Shown piece by piece: positions 9,340 through 18,839 of a DNA stretch of 64,000 nt (position 1 is the first letter of the stretch; every line of letters starts with the position of its first letter). This stretch comes from a virus. Position numbers and translations under genes: made by a program. The notes below the pieces were generated by a model that saw only the letters and a list, made by a program, of their open reading frames with translations, ran no database searches and was not told where the DNA came from. Where the stretch lies: the IMG/VR virus record IMGVR_UViG_3300045988_162434, positions 1 to 64,000 of that record; one strand, written 5' to 3'.

Positions 9340-10253
9340 ACTTTTTCACTATTATTTAATATAAATATATTATTGCCTGCTATATATATTGGAATACTAT
9401 ATGCAGCAGCAGCTAATATGCCAACACCCCATGTTTGTGTAGATGGGCAACCAGTTAAAGAAATAGTTACTACAGTATTTGCTGGAATACCTTTTTTTAA
9501 TTGAATTTGTAATTTTAAATAAACTGTTTTATTACTTATATAAGAATTATTGTCAACCAAATGATCTACATATTCACTATCTAAAGAAATATTATCTAAT
9601 TTTATGTTTGATAATAAATTAGTTAATACTTTATTTTGCACAGGATTTGTACTTGTAGCACTTAAAGCATTATCAATAGGAGGCTGAAATTTAGTCCAAT
9701 CTTCATTAGTAATAGTTACAGATTGAAAAACATCAAATTCAATTTTAGTATCTTTTTTTAATGCATGTTGAAAAATAATGTTGCCTGTTGACATTATATT
9801 ATAATCAACTCCTTCAATTAAATGAACTCCATTTAAGTATATTGTTATTATAGCCGCATCAGCATAAGGGAATGGAATAACAAGAGTAGATGAACTATCT
9901 TTATCAACTGTATGCACATAAGACTTCTTTTGATAATAATTACTTAATTCTGATATTTTATCATTAAGCACTTTACCTTGATTGGCACTTAGGGATGAAT
10001 CAGTTGCAGTTGATGTCAAATTGTCAACAACTGGTCGCCAAGTATCTGTAAATTTAGCATTACTTGGTACATTAACGCCTACTGTATGACCACCAACAGT
10101 GTCTGCATTACCTCCATTAGCTGGCATACTTGTTGGGAAATTAGTTATATCAGCTTTAGTATGAGTATGTCCTATTTTTGAAAATACTTTAGCTATTTTA
10201 TCTGCAAAATTCTTAAATTGTGTAGAGAGATATGTTTTATTTACATAACCCAT
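9285..10253 (-). CDS. tail fiber protein
   Basis: 322 aa. The N-terminus MGYVNKTYLSTQFKNFADKIAKVF is shared with the next gene. It carries the motifs PANGGNADTV and PSNAKFTDT, which recur in other fiber genes. Confidence 0.5.
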   Translation of the reverse strand: MGYVNKTYLSTQFKNFADKIAKVFSKIGHTHTKADITNFPTSMPANGGNADTVGGHTVGVNVPSNAKFTDTWRPVVDNLTSTATDSSLSANQGKVLNDKISELSNYYQKKSYVHTVDKDSSSTLVIPFPYADAAIITIYLNGVHLIEGVDYNIMSTGNIIFQHALKKDTKIEFDVFQSVTITNEDWTKFQPPIDNALSATSTNPVQNKVLTNLLSNIKLDNISLDSEYVDHLVDNNSYISNKTVYLKLQIQLKKGIPANTVVTISLTGCPSTQTWGVGILAAAAYSIPIYIAGNNIFILNNSEKVWGASGWTPNIIGSYLSF

Positions 10254-10264
10254 ATATTACCTCC

Positions 10265-11287
10265 TTACCCAAAATAGGTTGAAAAGTCTATATTTGAATT
10301 TTCTACTGCTAAAAGGTCTGCGGATGTGCCATTGGTGTTCGCGGAAAGTGTCCCTGTGGATGCATTAACGCTAATACTTCTGACACCAGTGTTCGTAACT
10401 GTAATGGAACCAGAACTTGTGATTGGTCCTCCCGAAACGCCAATTCCGCCTCCCGCAGTTAAATTCACACTTGTAACAGTTCCGCTTGGTTCATCGCCAG
10501 ATGGAATATAAATCCATTCAGTTCCATTAGAAATAAACATATCTCCTACTTTAGCTGCGGCTCCCGCGTAGGTGCCAGCTGTGATAACCTTATATGCCCA
10601 ACCATCATTATCAGAAGATGCGGCTGGCAATTCAGTAATAGTACCATCTGTACCTAAACTACCTTGGAATGTCATAGGAGCCTTTGTCATTTTATCTAAT
10701 TTAGCTTTATCTTCTTTTGATAAAAGACCATCACTTGTAGAAGTAGCATTTTCATAAGTGGTGTCTGTAAACTTTGCATTTTGTGGAACAGATGTACCAA
10801 TAGTAAAACCACTATCTGCAACAGTATAACCATCTGCGCCCCATGTTACTACGTTTCCTGCGGTTGTGCCGCTTGGTAATCCTCTAACCTGAGCATCGTT
10901 TGTTACATTATCTAAACCTAAAGACTCTTTTGTAACCGAATCTATAGCTTCTTTTACGGCAGTACCAGATTGCGGGTTGCTAGACTTAGGATCGTAACTC
11001 TGGTCTGCTTGAAGACTAGACGAGCCCGCGCCAATATTTGCTCTAACTTGTGCTTTTTCTTCTTCTGTAAGAGATTGAGCTGTTGTTAAAACAACATTAT
11101 CAATATTTGCTTCTACGTCTGAAGCTGAGTTTGCACTAAATGAAGCGACTGTTGTTCCATTTTGCTTAAGTGTTAATTTACCTTCATTTACTGTAGGTAA
11201 ATCTGTTTTCTTTGCAAAGATTGTTGAAATTCTAGTTGCAAAATTTTTAAACTGAGTTTCAAGAAACTCTTTATTTATATAACCCAT
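10265..11287 (-). CDS. tail fiber protein
   Basis: 340 aa. Its N-terminus MGYINKEFLETQFKNFATRISTIF is paralogous to 9285-10253. Gly/Ser/Thr-rich, with motif PQNAKFTDT. Confidence 0.5.
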   Translation of the reverse strand: MGYINKEFLETQFKNFATRISTIFAKKTDLPTVNEGKLTLKQNGTTVASFSANSASDVEANIDNVVLTTAQSLTEEEKAQVRANIGAGSSSLQADQSYDPKSSNPQSGTAVKEAIDSVTKESLGLDNVTNDAQVRGLPSGTTAGNVVTWGADGYTVADSGFTIGTSVPQNAKFTDTTYENATSTSDGLLSKEDKAKLDKMTKAPMTFQGSLGTDGTITELPAASSDNDGWAYKVITAGTYAGAAAKVGDMFISNGTEWIYIPSGDEPSGTVTSVNLTAGGGIGVSGGPITSSGSITVTNTGVRSISVNASTGTLSANTNGTSADLLAVENSNIDFSTYFG

Positions 11288-11296
11288 TTTGACCTC

Positions 11297-11731
11297 CTAA
11301 TTAAAATATTCTGAAAAATCTATATCAATATTTTCTTTTTCATTTTCTGAAATGTAATTAGAATCATTATCTAATTCACTCACTTTCGTCGGTGTGATTA
11401 ACTCGATATCAGCATTAAGGTCTTGATTAAGGGAGAACGAACCGACGGCCGCGCCATTTTGGAAAACTGTGATTAAACCGTCTCCCACATGTGCTTGTGA
11501 AAAATTTAATAAATCATATTTTTTAGTTTGTGTATTCCATACATATAAATCTTTATTATTTATAACGTATAAAATAACTTTAGAGCCTATTGTTGGTAAT
11601 TCTCCTATACTATTTGCTCTATAAATTGCTTCTTTTGATAAGAAATTAGCAACTTCAACATTTAAGTTTTCACTTGTAGATAAATTCGTATCAAAAAGCA
11701 AATCTGGGCAAATCATTTCTACATCTAGCAT
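11297..11731 (-). CDS. hypothetical tail protein
   Basis: 144-aa ORF in the fiber cluster. Confidence 0.3.
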   Translation of the reverse strand: MLDVEMICPDLLFDTNLSTSENLNVEVANFLSKEAIYRANSIGELPTIGSKVILYVINNKDLYVWNTQTKKYDLLNFSQAHVGDGLITVFQNGAAVGSFSLNQDLNADIELITPTKVSELDNDSNYISENEKENIDIDFSEYFN

Positions 11732-12067
11732 TTAATCACCTACTTTTGTATCTTCCATCAGTTTTGGATTTAAAATATCATCAACAGAAACATCAAAAAT
11801 AGGAGAAGCACAAACAGTTCCATCTACAAGCAAGATTTTTAATTGTGCTTTAACTAGAGGCATAGAGAATTTTAAAGTCTCTTCTTGAGTAAACCCAGCT
11901 GAAATAGTCATTTTATCTTCATCTAAATCTACTTCTTTGTTTAAATAAGATTTATTTAATAAAGAACAATTTTTATTTTTAATTGAGATCCATACATCTT
12001 TAATTTCAGAAAAATCTTCTAAATTATTTATTTTGAAAATAATTCTAGGAGTTGTTCCTCTTATCAC
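11732..12067 (-). CDS. hypothetical tail protein
   Basis: 111-aa ORF contiguous with the neighbouring ORFs. Confidence 0.3.
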   Translation of the reverse strand: MIRGTTPRIIFKINNLEDFSEIKDVWISIKNKNCSLLNKSYLNKEVDLDEDKMTISAGFTQEETLKFSMPLVKAQLKILLVDGTVCASPIFDVSVDDILNPKLMEDTKVGD

Positions 12068-12127
12068 TCTTCCTTTACCTCCTTTTTTTTAAAATAGTGG
12101 AAGTGGTTGCCCACTTCCACTTAATAA

Positions 12128-14671
12128 TTAACTACTTGGCATTATCTGATATTTACTATTTTGATTTTGTTGATATAAAAATTCAAATCTAAAATAAGCT
12201 GCTTTAGAATTTGATGATTCAAAATCAGTTTTTACTAAATATACAGGTGGATTAATTCCTTTTATTGAAAGGAAATTTTTATCTTCATCATAAAGAAATA
12301 ATGCTCTTGTTTGTCCATCTGTAAATAAGTATTTAAGATTTCCAGCTATTGGAAGAAAATTCATTAAAATAACATTATCATCTGTTTTTTCTTCTTTACC
12401 TGTAGATTGATTTAATGTATAGTGTGTTTTATAATTATTATAATCTAACATAGATACCGTTTTTCCTTTTATAGCCACGTCCATATAAATTTTATCTTCT
12501 ACATAATTATTTAAAACATCTTGAACTGTTATTTCACCATCTATTTCTGGGAAACCATACTTCGCAAACTCTTCTGGATAAATTCCGCTTATATCTATTG
12601 CATTTCCTGTTGGGTAAATCATTAATTCTCCAGATTGTGACATAATAACTTGTTCACTTTCTAAACAATTATATTCTGTTAGTTCTCCTGAGCTAGATCT
12701 ATAGCTAATATATTTACCAAATGAGATAGTAGCACCTGTAGTTGTTTTAAGATATTCTAAATCTTGATCTGTTACAATAATAATTGCATCTGTATAAGAA
12801 GAAGTATAACTTGCATCGTTTGTTGCATAAACTGCTGTAGATGATGATACACCTGTAAATATATCATTTTTTCCTATACTGCCTACATTGGTATATTTTA
12901 ATACTTTTGGCTTGCTAACATATTTATCTGCAATTTTGGTTTTATTATCTATTAAAGTTGTTAAATTTGTTTCTGATGTTGTTATTGCTTGAGATGTGGC
13001 TGATATATCTTTCTTAATATTTGCCACATCATTATTTAGCTTACCCGTATCTCCTGTATATGGTACGAAGTCATCATAAGTAGCATCTAAATTAGTTGTA
13101 ATCATTGGCTTAACAATGAAATTATTAAGAGCTGTTTTCTCTGCAACTCGAATTTGCATGCTTAATGTCAAATCTGTTGTTGGTGTAATTATTGGTGTAG
13201 CGCCTCCATATGTACCATCACCAAAATTTATTCCATCATTGTCATAAACTCTTACATCTATACTTGTATCCGTAGAAGATTGTCCAATAAGCTTATAGCT
13301 TGTATTCGCTTTTAATGAGACAGTTCCTAATCGTAACCATATGGTATCAGTAGTTTTTGTACCGTTTAAGGTATAGGTACCATCTCCATTATTTGTACAA
13401 GTAATGCCATTACTTGTTGTGGTTTCAAGAATAGGATTTAATAAATTTACAGTAGTTCCTTTCTTTAAAGTATTTACATCTTCCTTTACTGCTGTATCAT
13501 CATAGACTGTATCAGTGAATACTGCATTTTCTGGTACATCTGATGCTACAGTGTGCATATTAACAGTATCGGCATTTCCACCATTGGCTGGTAATTCAGT
13601 TGGAATTTCACTCTTTTTAGCATAATCTGTTAAATCAACAGAAGTGTCACCAACACAAGCAACTTCTCCATCAATGAGCATATATTCTTTATATTTATCT
13701 GCACCAATAGCAGATTCAATTTTAAGCATGTAGATTACATTTTCTGCGGCGGTCTCGACTGTAGGAACCTCAGTCACGATTTCTCGCTTCAAATGGTCTG
13801 CTGCAGCAATCTGTTCACCCACGTATGTCTTTGTAGCATAATCTGTTTTAATTGTAGCGATATCCTCTTTGACTACACTATCATCATAGTTTTTAACTGT
13901 CGAGAGTCTAGTAATCTCGGAATCCGCGATTAAAGATTTACCTTCTTCTTTATCAACTTTTCCACTAATATCTTGATGTTCAGTTAAATATCCTTTTTTA
14001 TTTAATTCTGTTTCAGTAACAAAATTACTATCATTTGTTAATTCTGATACTTTAGTAGGAACATTTTGAACTACAGTGTTTACCCATTTATAGTTACCCT
14101 CTACTTGAACACATTCATAGAAATAATTATGAATATAATCTTCTGTTGTTATACCAATAAACTGAACAACTTTACCACCAAAAGCTTCGGTTGGAGTAGG
14201 TAAAACATCATACTGCGGGATTCGCTTATTTACTTCTTCAATAGTAGCAAAAGTTTTTGAAATTTTATCGCTTGAAAAGGTTTTTGTTAATCCTGTTTCA
14301 TTGTCATCAATAACTGCATCTGAACCATTGGAAACAGTATATTCAAAAGTCGTATTATCAGAAAAGCTAATTTGATATGTATCAATTAAACCTTCTGTTT
14401 TTATTTTTTCAATTTTTGTGATACTGACTCCTTGTGGTCCCGGATCACCAGCTGGACCTGGCTCTCCCGGAGCGCCGTCCGTGCCTTTCTTAATTTTAAC
14501 AACTGTTTCTTCAGAAGTTCCAAGATTATTTTCCCATCCTAAAGTAACATAAACATATTCATCATCTTCAGTCTGAGACTTAACAGTACATGGCGCGCCC
14601 TTTATTGTTCCAACACCTAAAAGAGCTTTATCAGTATAATTTTTTGCCAATGCATATGTTAAAATATCCAT
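12128..14671 (-). CDS. tail fiber protein with a collagen-like Gly-X-Y segment
   Basis: 847 aa. The N-terminus (GAPCTVKS) is shared with 18840-20591. Collagen-like run KGTDGAPGEPGPAGDPGPQG. Also carries LPANGGNADTV and PENAVFTDT. Confidence 0.6.
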   Translation of the reverse strand: MDILTYALAKNYTDKALLGVGTIKGAPCTVKSQTEDDEYVYVTLGWENNLGTSEETVVKIKKGTDGAPGEPGPAGDPGPQGVSITKIEKIKTEGLIDTYQISFSDNTTFEYTVSNGSDAVIDDNETGLTKTFSSDKISKTFATIEEVNKRIPQYDVLPTPTEAFGGKVVQFIGITTEDYIHNYFYECVQVEGNYKWVNTVVQNVPTKVSELTNDSNFVTETELNKKGYLTEHQDISGKVDKEEGKSLIADSEITRLSTVKNYDDSVVKEDIATIKTDYATKTYVGEQIAAADHLKREIVTEVPTVETAAENVIYMLKIESAIGADKYKEYMLIDGEVACVGDTSVDLTDYAKKSEIPTELPANGGNADTVNMHTVASDVPENAVFTDTVYDDTAVKEDVNTLKKGTTVNLLNPILETTTSNGITCTNNGDGTYTLNGTKTTDTIWLRLGTVSLKANTSYKLIGQSSTDTSIDVRVYDNDGINFGDGTYGGATPIITPTTDLTLSMQIRVAEKTALNNFIVKPMITTNLDATYDDFVPYTGDTGKLNNDVANIKKDISATSQAITTSETNLTTLIDNKTKIADKYVSKPKVLKYTNVGSIGKNDIFTGVSSSTAVYATNDASYTSSYTDAIIIVTDQDLEYLKTTTGATISFGKYISYRSSSGELTEYNCLESEQVIMSQSGELMIYPTGNAIDISGIYPEEFAKYGFPEIDGEITVQDVLNNYVEDKIYMDVAIKGKTVSMLDYNNYKTHYTLNQSTGKEEKTDDNVILMNFLPIAGNLKYLFTDGQTRALFLYDEDKNFLSIKGINPPVYLVKTDFESSNSKAAYFRFEFLYQQNQNSKYQIMPSS

Positions 14672-14687
14672 TTATTTTCTCCTTTCT

Positions 14688-14882
14688 TTAAATCTGTTTC
14701 CATTCTCCTTCAGAGTTTAGCATATAAACATTAGAAGTAGAAATATCAAGAATCGTACTTCCTGGACTTGCATAATTATACTCTTCAGCTACTTTAGCTA
14801 CATCAGAGGCAGAGTCCGCAATTAAAGAAAGTACGTTATATTCAACAGTATTACCTTGTTGTATTACACTTATCATATCCAA
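14688..14882 (-). CDS. hypothetical small protein
   Basis: 64-aa ORF. Confidence 0.25.
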   Translation of the reverse strand: MDMISVIQQGNTVEYNVLSLIADSASDVAKVAEEYNYASPGSTILDISTSNVYMLNSEGEWKQI

Positions 14883-14934
14883 TATCTCCTTTCATTCATT
14901 CCTAATTTACATAAAAAAAATAAGGTCAGGATTT

Positions 14935-16071
14935 TTATATCCTGACCTCATCAATAGTGTAAATATAGCCCTCATCGCCTAGCACACCAGATTTTTTATC
15001 TAATTCATTTACCCAATCTGGAAGTTCTTTTCTAATTGAATCAAATTCTTGTTTTCCTTTATAATCACTCCTTTTTATTTCATCCATAAAATCAAAGAAA
15101 GTAATTTTAGGAATAATACCTATCATATCTTGAGCATGAGCTGCATATTGAATAGTGTACATATCTTGAAGAACCTTTTCATCAATTTGATTTTCTATTT
15201 CCTTGTAACAAGAGAAATAAAACCTTTGTGCGTTAAAGAAATTCTGACGCGCGAAGAGCGGTTTTCGTTCCAAACACTGAACATATGTGAAATATTGACC
15301 TATCATCATTTCCACGGTAAATCTAGTTATGTTACCATTAAATGGATTGCGCTTTTTGCAGAATTTAATTGCATTTATAGACGCGGCGGTCGCGCCTACT
15401 TGGCACAGATCCCAGTTATAGAGTGGCTCACCATCATTCTCTTCTATTCCAATTCTAGTTATAGAATGCTCAGATCCAGTTCTCCAAAAATAAATTGGAT
15501 CATCTATAATGTTAATTCTAAATGGACTTCCTTCTACAGTCATTCGTATCTTCCAGTTAAACTCTCCATCTTCCATAGCTCTGAGTTCTGAGAACTCAAT
15601 ACCGTGCTCCCGCAAGAATTTGACATTATATAAACGCCCAAAGACCCACGGATGCGTGGCGTCATTGCGGGGAAGTAGTCTAATACCTTGCGGATTTGGG
15701 TCTTTTACTTCCTGAAAGAAAGGTCCTTGAACCTCAATACAGTTAGGAGTCACGCTATTAATCAACCGCTCTAGCGCGAGAGGTCCCATAAATACGTCAT
15801 CTGCATCTATAAAAGTAACCCAAGGAGTACTACATTTCGCAAGTCCTCGCTGCCTTGCAACGCCAGGTCCGCGATTCTTTTCACATTCTACTATTGTTAT
15901 ATCTAAATCTGGATAATTTGAAACAATATCAGAGTAATTATCTCCAGGATTATCTATAGAAATAATTACTGAGATATCATTTTTAATAGTTTGAATTTGA
16001 ATAGATGCAAGACAATCTGCTATATGCTTTTTTGCTTTATAAGCTGGAATTACAACAGTTATATCTTTCAT
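14935..16071 (-). CDS. family 2 glycosyltransferase
   Basis: 378 aa. N-terminus VVIPAYKAKKHIADCLASIQIQT, a DxD-type FIDADD motif, and ISIDNPGD. Confidence 0.8.
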   Translation of the reverse strand: MKDITVVIPAYKAKKHIADCLASIQIQTIKNDISVIISIDNPGDNYSDIVSNYPDLDITIVECEKNRGPGVARQRGLAKCSTPWVTFIDADDVFMGPLALERLINSVTPNCIEVQGPFFQEVKDPNPQGIRLLPRNDATHPWVFGRLYNVKFLREHGIEFSELRAMEDGEFNWKIRMTVEGSPFRINIIDDPIYFWRTGSEHSITRIGIEENDGEPLYNWDLCQVGATAASINAIKFCKKRNPFNGNITRFTVEMMIGQYFTYVQCLERKPLFARQNFFNAQRFYFSCYKEIENQIDEKVLQDMYTIQYAAHAQDMIGIIPKITFFDFMDEIKRSDYKGKQEFDSIRKELPDWVNELDKKSGVLGDEGYIYTIDEVRI

Positions 16072-16130
16072 TTATTTTTAAGCTCCTATTGTTTTTCTTT
16101 TATTATAGCAAATTTTTATAAAATTGTCAA

Positions 16131-18839
16131 TTAAACAGTGCAGTATAAATAAACATTATGCTCTAAATTATAACAATATCTAACTACACCAATATTTTCT
16201 CCTTCAACCTCTATTGTTGAATAATCTGGAGTTGTGCTATCATTTCCAAATATAGAATTGCAAATTATATTGCCATATTTTTTATAAGAGTTATATGCAT
16301 CTAAATAGTTTACTATAATATTTTGTCTTATGTCATAGTTTGTTCTGTAAAAAGAATTAAAAGAATAGCCATAAGATACTGAATTGTTTGGAATATAAAT
16401 AGTTTGTAATTTATCACATCCATAAAAACATCCATTCATATAATAAATATTTGAACCTAATTTAATAGAACCTGTTATATTACTACACCCATTATAAGCA
16501 TTTCTAAAAACGTTAACATTTTGACCACACACAGCTTTAATTAGATTAGTACATCCTGCATAACAATTTTCCATATCTGTAACTAAAGGTCCACATGCTG
16601 CAACTATTAAATTAAAACAATTTCTATATGCATTATCTAATGTAGCTACATTATTTCCACATACCGCATTTTTTAAATTATAACAATTTTCGTATGTATG
16701 ATTTAGATATTGAACATTATTTCCGCAAGCAGCATTTTTTAAATTATGGCATCCTAAGTATGTATATGTCATTGAAGTTACATTAGGTCCAGAAGCGGCC
16801 TCTTCAAGAGAAAAACAATTTCTATAAGCATTAACCATATTTTGTACTTGATTACCACAGGCCGCATTACCTGTGATATTAGAACATCCATAATATGATT
16901 GATACATATAATCTACATCATCTGGACAAAACGGTTCCCCATAAACATTTTGACAATTTTTAAAAGCATTCCAAAATTTATTTACTCTTGTCCAAGCAAA
17001 ACCGTTCCCATAAAATTCTGAAAGATTTAACGCTAAATTATAACAATTTAAAAACATATTATTACACGAATGAGACCACTTGTATTGTTTAGCATACATA
17101 TCTATATAATAATTAGTACCATCCCATCCACCAACAGCTGGTTCATATGAATCATTTGCAATATTGTTTCTATTTGGTAAATTTCCTCGAACTGTACTAT
17201 TTATAGTTATTGAAGTAGTATTTGAATTTGCCCAAGATAGGATTCTCATATTGACAGCGCCTGCGGCTTGATAAATATACATATTATACAGACTGTTATA
17301 ATAGCCACTTATAATTGGAGAGTCTGAATTATCTTCTATTGTTGCTGGTAATTCCTCATTTGGGATATCTTGATATGTAATTGCTTTTCCTAAAATAGAA
17401 TATGAACCCGTATTTCTTTTAAAAGTATTATCCCACACCCTATTTTTTAAAACAAAAAAGTTTAATCTATTATTTGTATTAAAATTATATAATGCATTAG
17501 CAAAAGATTGATAGCTACCTATCTGATTTTGCATTAAATAAACATTCCCACCAGATAGTTTTTGACAATTATAATAACAATTTTCTATTTGACTTAAATC
17601 ATAATTGTTGCTAAAAACAGGAGTTCCTGTTAAATTGGTGCAATTATAATAAGTTTGATACATATAGTTAATTTTTGGTGAGCTTGCAGGTTTACCTGTT
17701 AAATTTGTACAATTCCAATACGTCTCTTGTAATTGTGATACATTGGGACCTACTTTTGGACTACCAGAAATTTTTCGACAATCACAATATGTTTGATACA
17801 TATTAGTAACCTTATCTCCACATACGGGTTCACCTGTTAAATTATAACAACAATAATATGTATCAAACATATTTTTAACTTCAGGTCCACAAACAGGGTT
17901 GCCGGTAATATTATAACATCCCGAATATGTTCCACTCATGTTAGTAACTTTATCTCCACATGCTGGAGGTCCTGTTAAATTAGAGCAGTTTTGATAACAG
18001 TTCTCAAAATATAATACGTTAGGTCCACATACAGGATTACCAGACAATCTAGTGCAATTATTATAAGTATAAAAGAAATGAGTAGTATTTGGTCCACACA
18101 CAGGTTCACTATTTAAGTTAGAACAATAATTATAAGCATATTCCATTGTTATAACATTATTATTAACAACAGCATTTTTAATATTTCTACAATATGAAAA
18201 TGCATATCCCATATACTTTACATTTGGACCTACATAAGCCTCACTTAAGTTATGACAATCTGAATATGCATTATCATAATAAATAACTTTATTACCACAA
18301 GCAGCAGTACCACTTATATTATAACATAAATTATATGTATCTGTCATATCAACAATAGTATCACTACATTGCGGCTGTCCTTTTAAAGAAAAACATCTCT
18401 GATAAGCATTTCTCATATTTGTAATTGCATTGCTTGTATAAATTCCTTGTTCTAAACTACTGCAATCCCTAAAAGCGTTGTCCATGCTACCATAAAAAGA
18501 GTAATTACAATTTTTATCTGGATATATATAAAAATTATTTCCATTTTGATATGACCAGGCTCTTTCTCCACCTGGTAAACTGAATAATCTTTTTGAATTT
18601 TTTAATTCATTTGTTGGATCTTCAGATAAGAAAAATATATTTTCTATTTTATTTTCCATATTAAAACCTGAAGCTGGAAGTATGGCATAATCAATAGCAG
18701 AAGACCCTCCTTGAATACTGTTTATCGCGTTTGGCATTTCTGCTAACTTATATCTATTATCTGTGGATAATTTATATCTAATTGCATCCGCAATGTTTGT
18801 TAGTAAATGAGGATTTACTAAACCTCTATTTGTTGGCAT
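16131..18839 (-). CDS. BspA-type leucine-rich-repeat protein (probable receptor-binding protein)
   Basis: 902 aa dominated by about 23-aa repeats of the form N.YxxCxNLTGxPVCGxxVTNM, repeated more than 20 times (Treponema/Bacteroides BspA-like LRR). Confidence 0.6.
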   Translation of the reverse strand: MPTNRGLVNPHLLTNIADAIRYKLSTDNRYKLAEMPNAINSIQGGSSAIDYAILPASGFNMENKIENIFFLSEDPTNELKNSKRLFSLPGGERAWSYQNGNNFYIYPDKNCNYSFYGSMDNAFRDCSSLEQGIYTSNAITNMRNAYQRCFSLKGQPQCSDTIVDMTDTYNLCYNISGTAACGNKVIYYDNAYSDCHNLSEAYVGPNVKYMGYAFSYCRNIKNAVVNNNVITMEYAYNYCSNLNSEPVCGPNTTHFFYTYNNCTRLSGNPVCGPNVLYFENCYQNCSNLTGPPACGDKVTNMSGTYSGCYNITGNPVCGPEVKNMFDTYYCCYNLTGEPVCGDKVTNMYQTYCDCRKISGSPKVGPNVSQLQETYWNCTNLTGKPASSPKINYMYQTYYNCTNLTGTPVFSNNYDLSQIENCYYNCQKLSGGNVYLMQNQIGSYQSFANALYNFNTNNRLNFFVLKNRVWDNTFKRNTGSYSILGKAITYQDIPNEELPATIEDNSDSPIISGYYNSLYNMYIYQAAGAVNMRILSWANSNTTSITINSTVRGNLPNRNNIANDSYEPAVGGWDGTNYYIDMYAKQYKWSHSCNNMFLNCYNLALNLSEFYGNGFAWTRVNKFWNAFKNCQNVYGEPFCPDDVDYMYQSYYGCSNITGNAACGNQVQNMVNAYRNCFSLEEAASGPNVTSMTYTYLGCHNLKNAACGNNVQYLNHTYENCYNLKNAVCGNNVATLDNAYRNCFNLIVAACGPLVTDMENCYAGCTNLIKAVCGQNVNVFRNAYNGCSNITGSIKLGSNIYYMNGCFYGCDKLQTIYIPNNSVSYGYSFNSFYRTNYDIRQNIIVNYLDAYNSYKKYGNIICNSIFGNDSTTPDYSTIEVEGENIGVVRYCYNLEHNVYLYCTV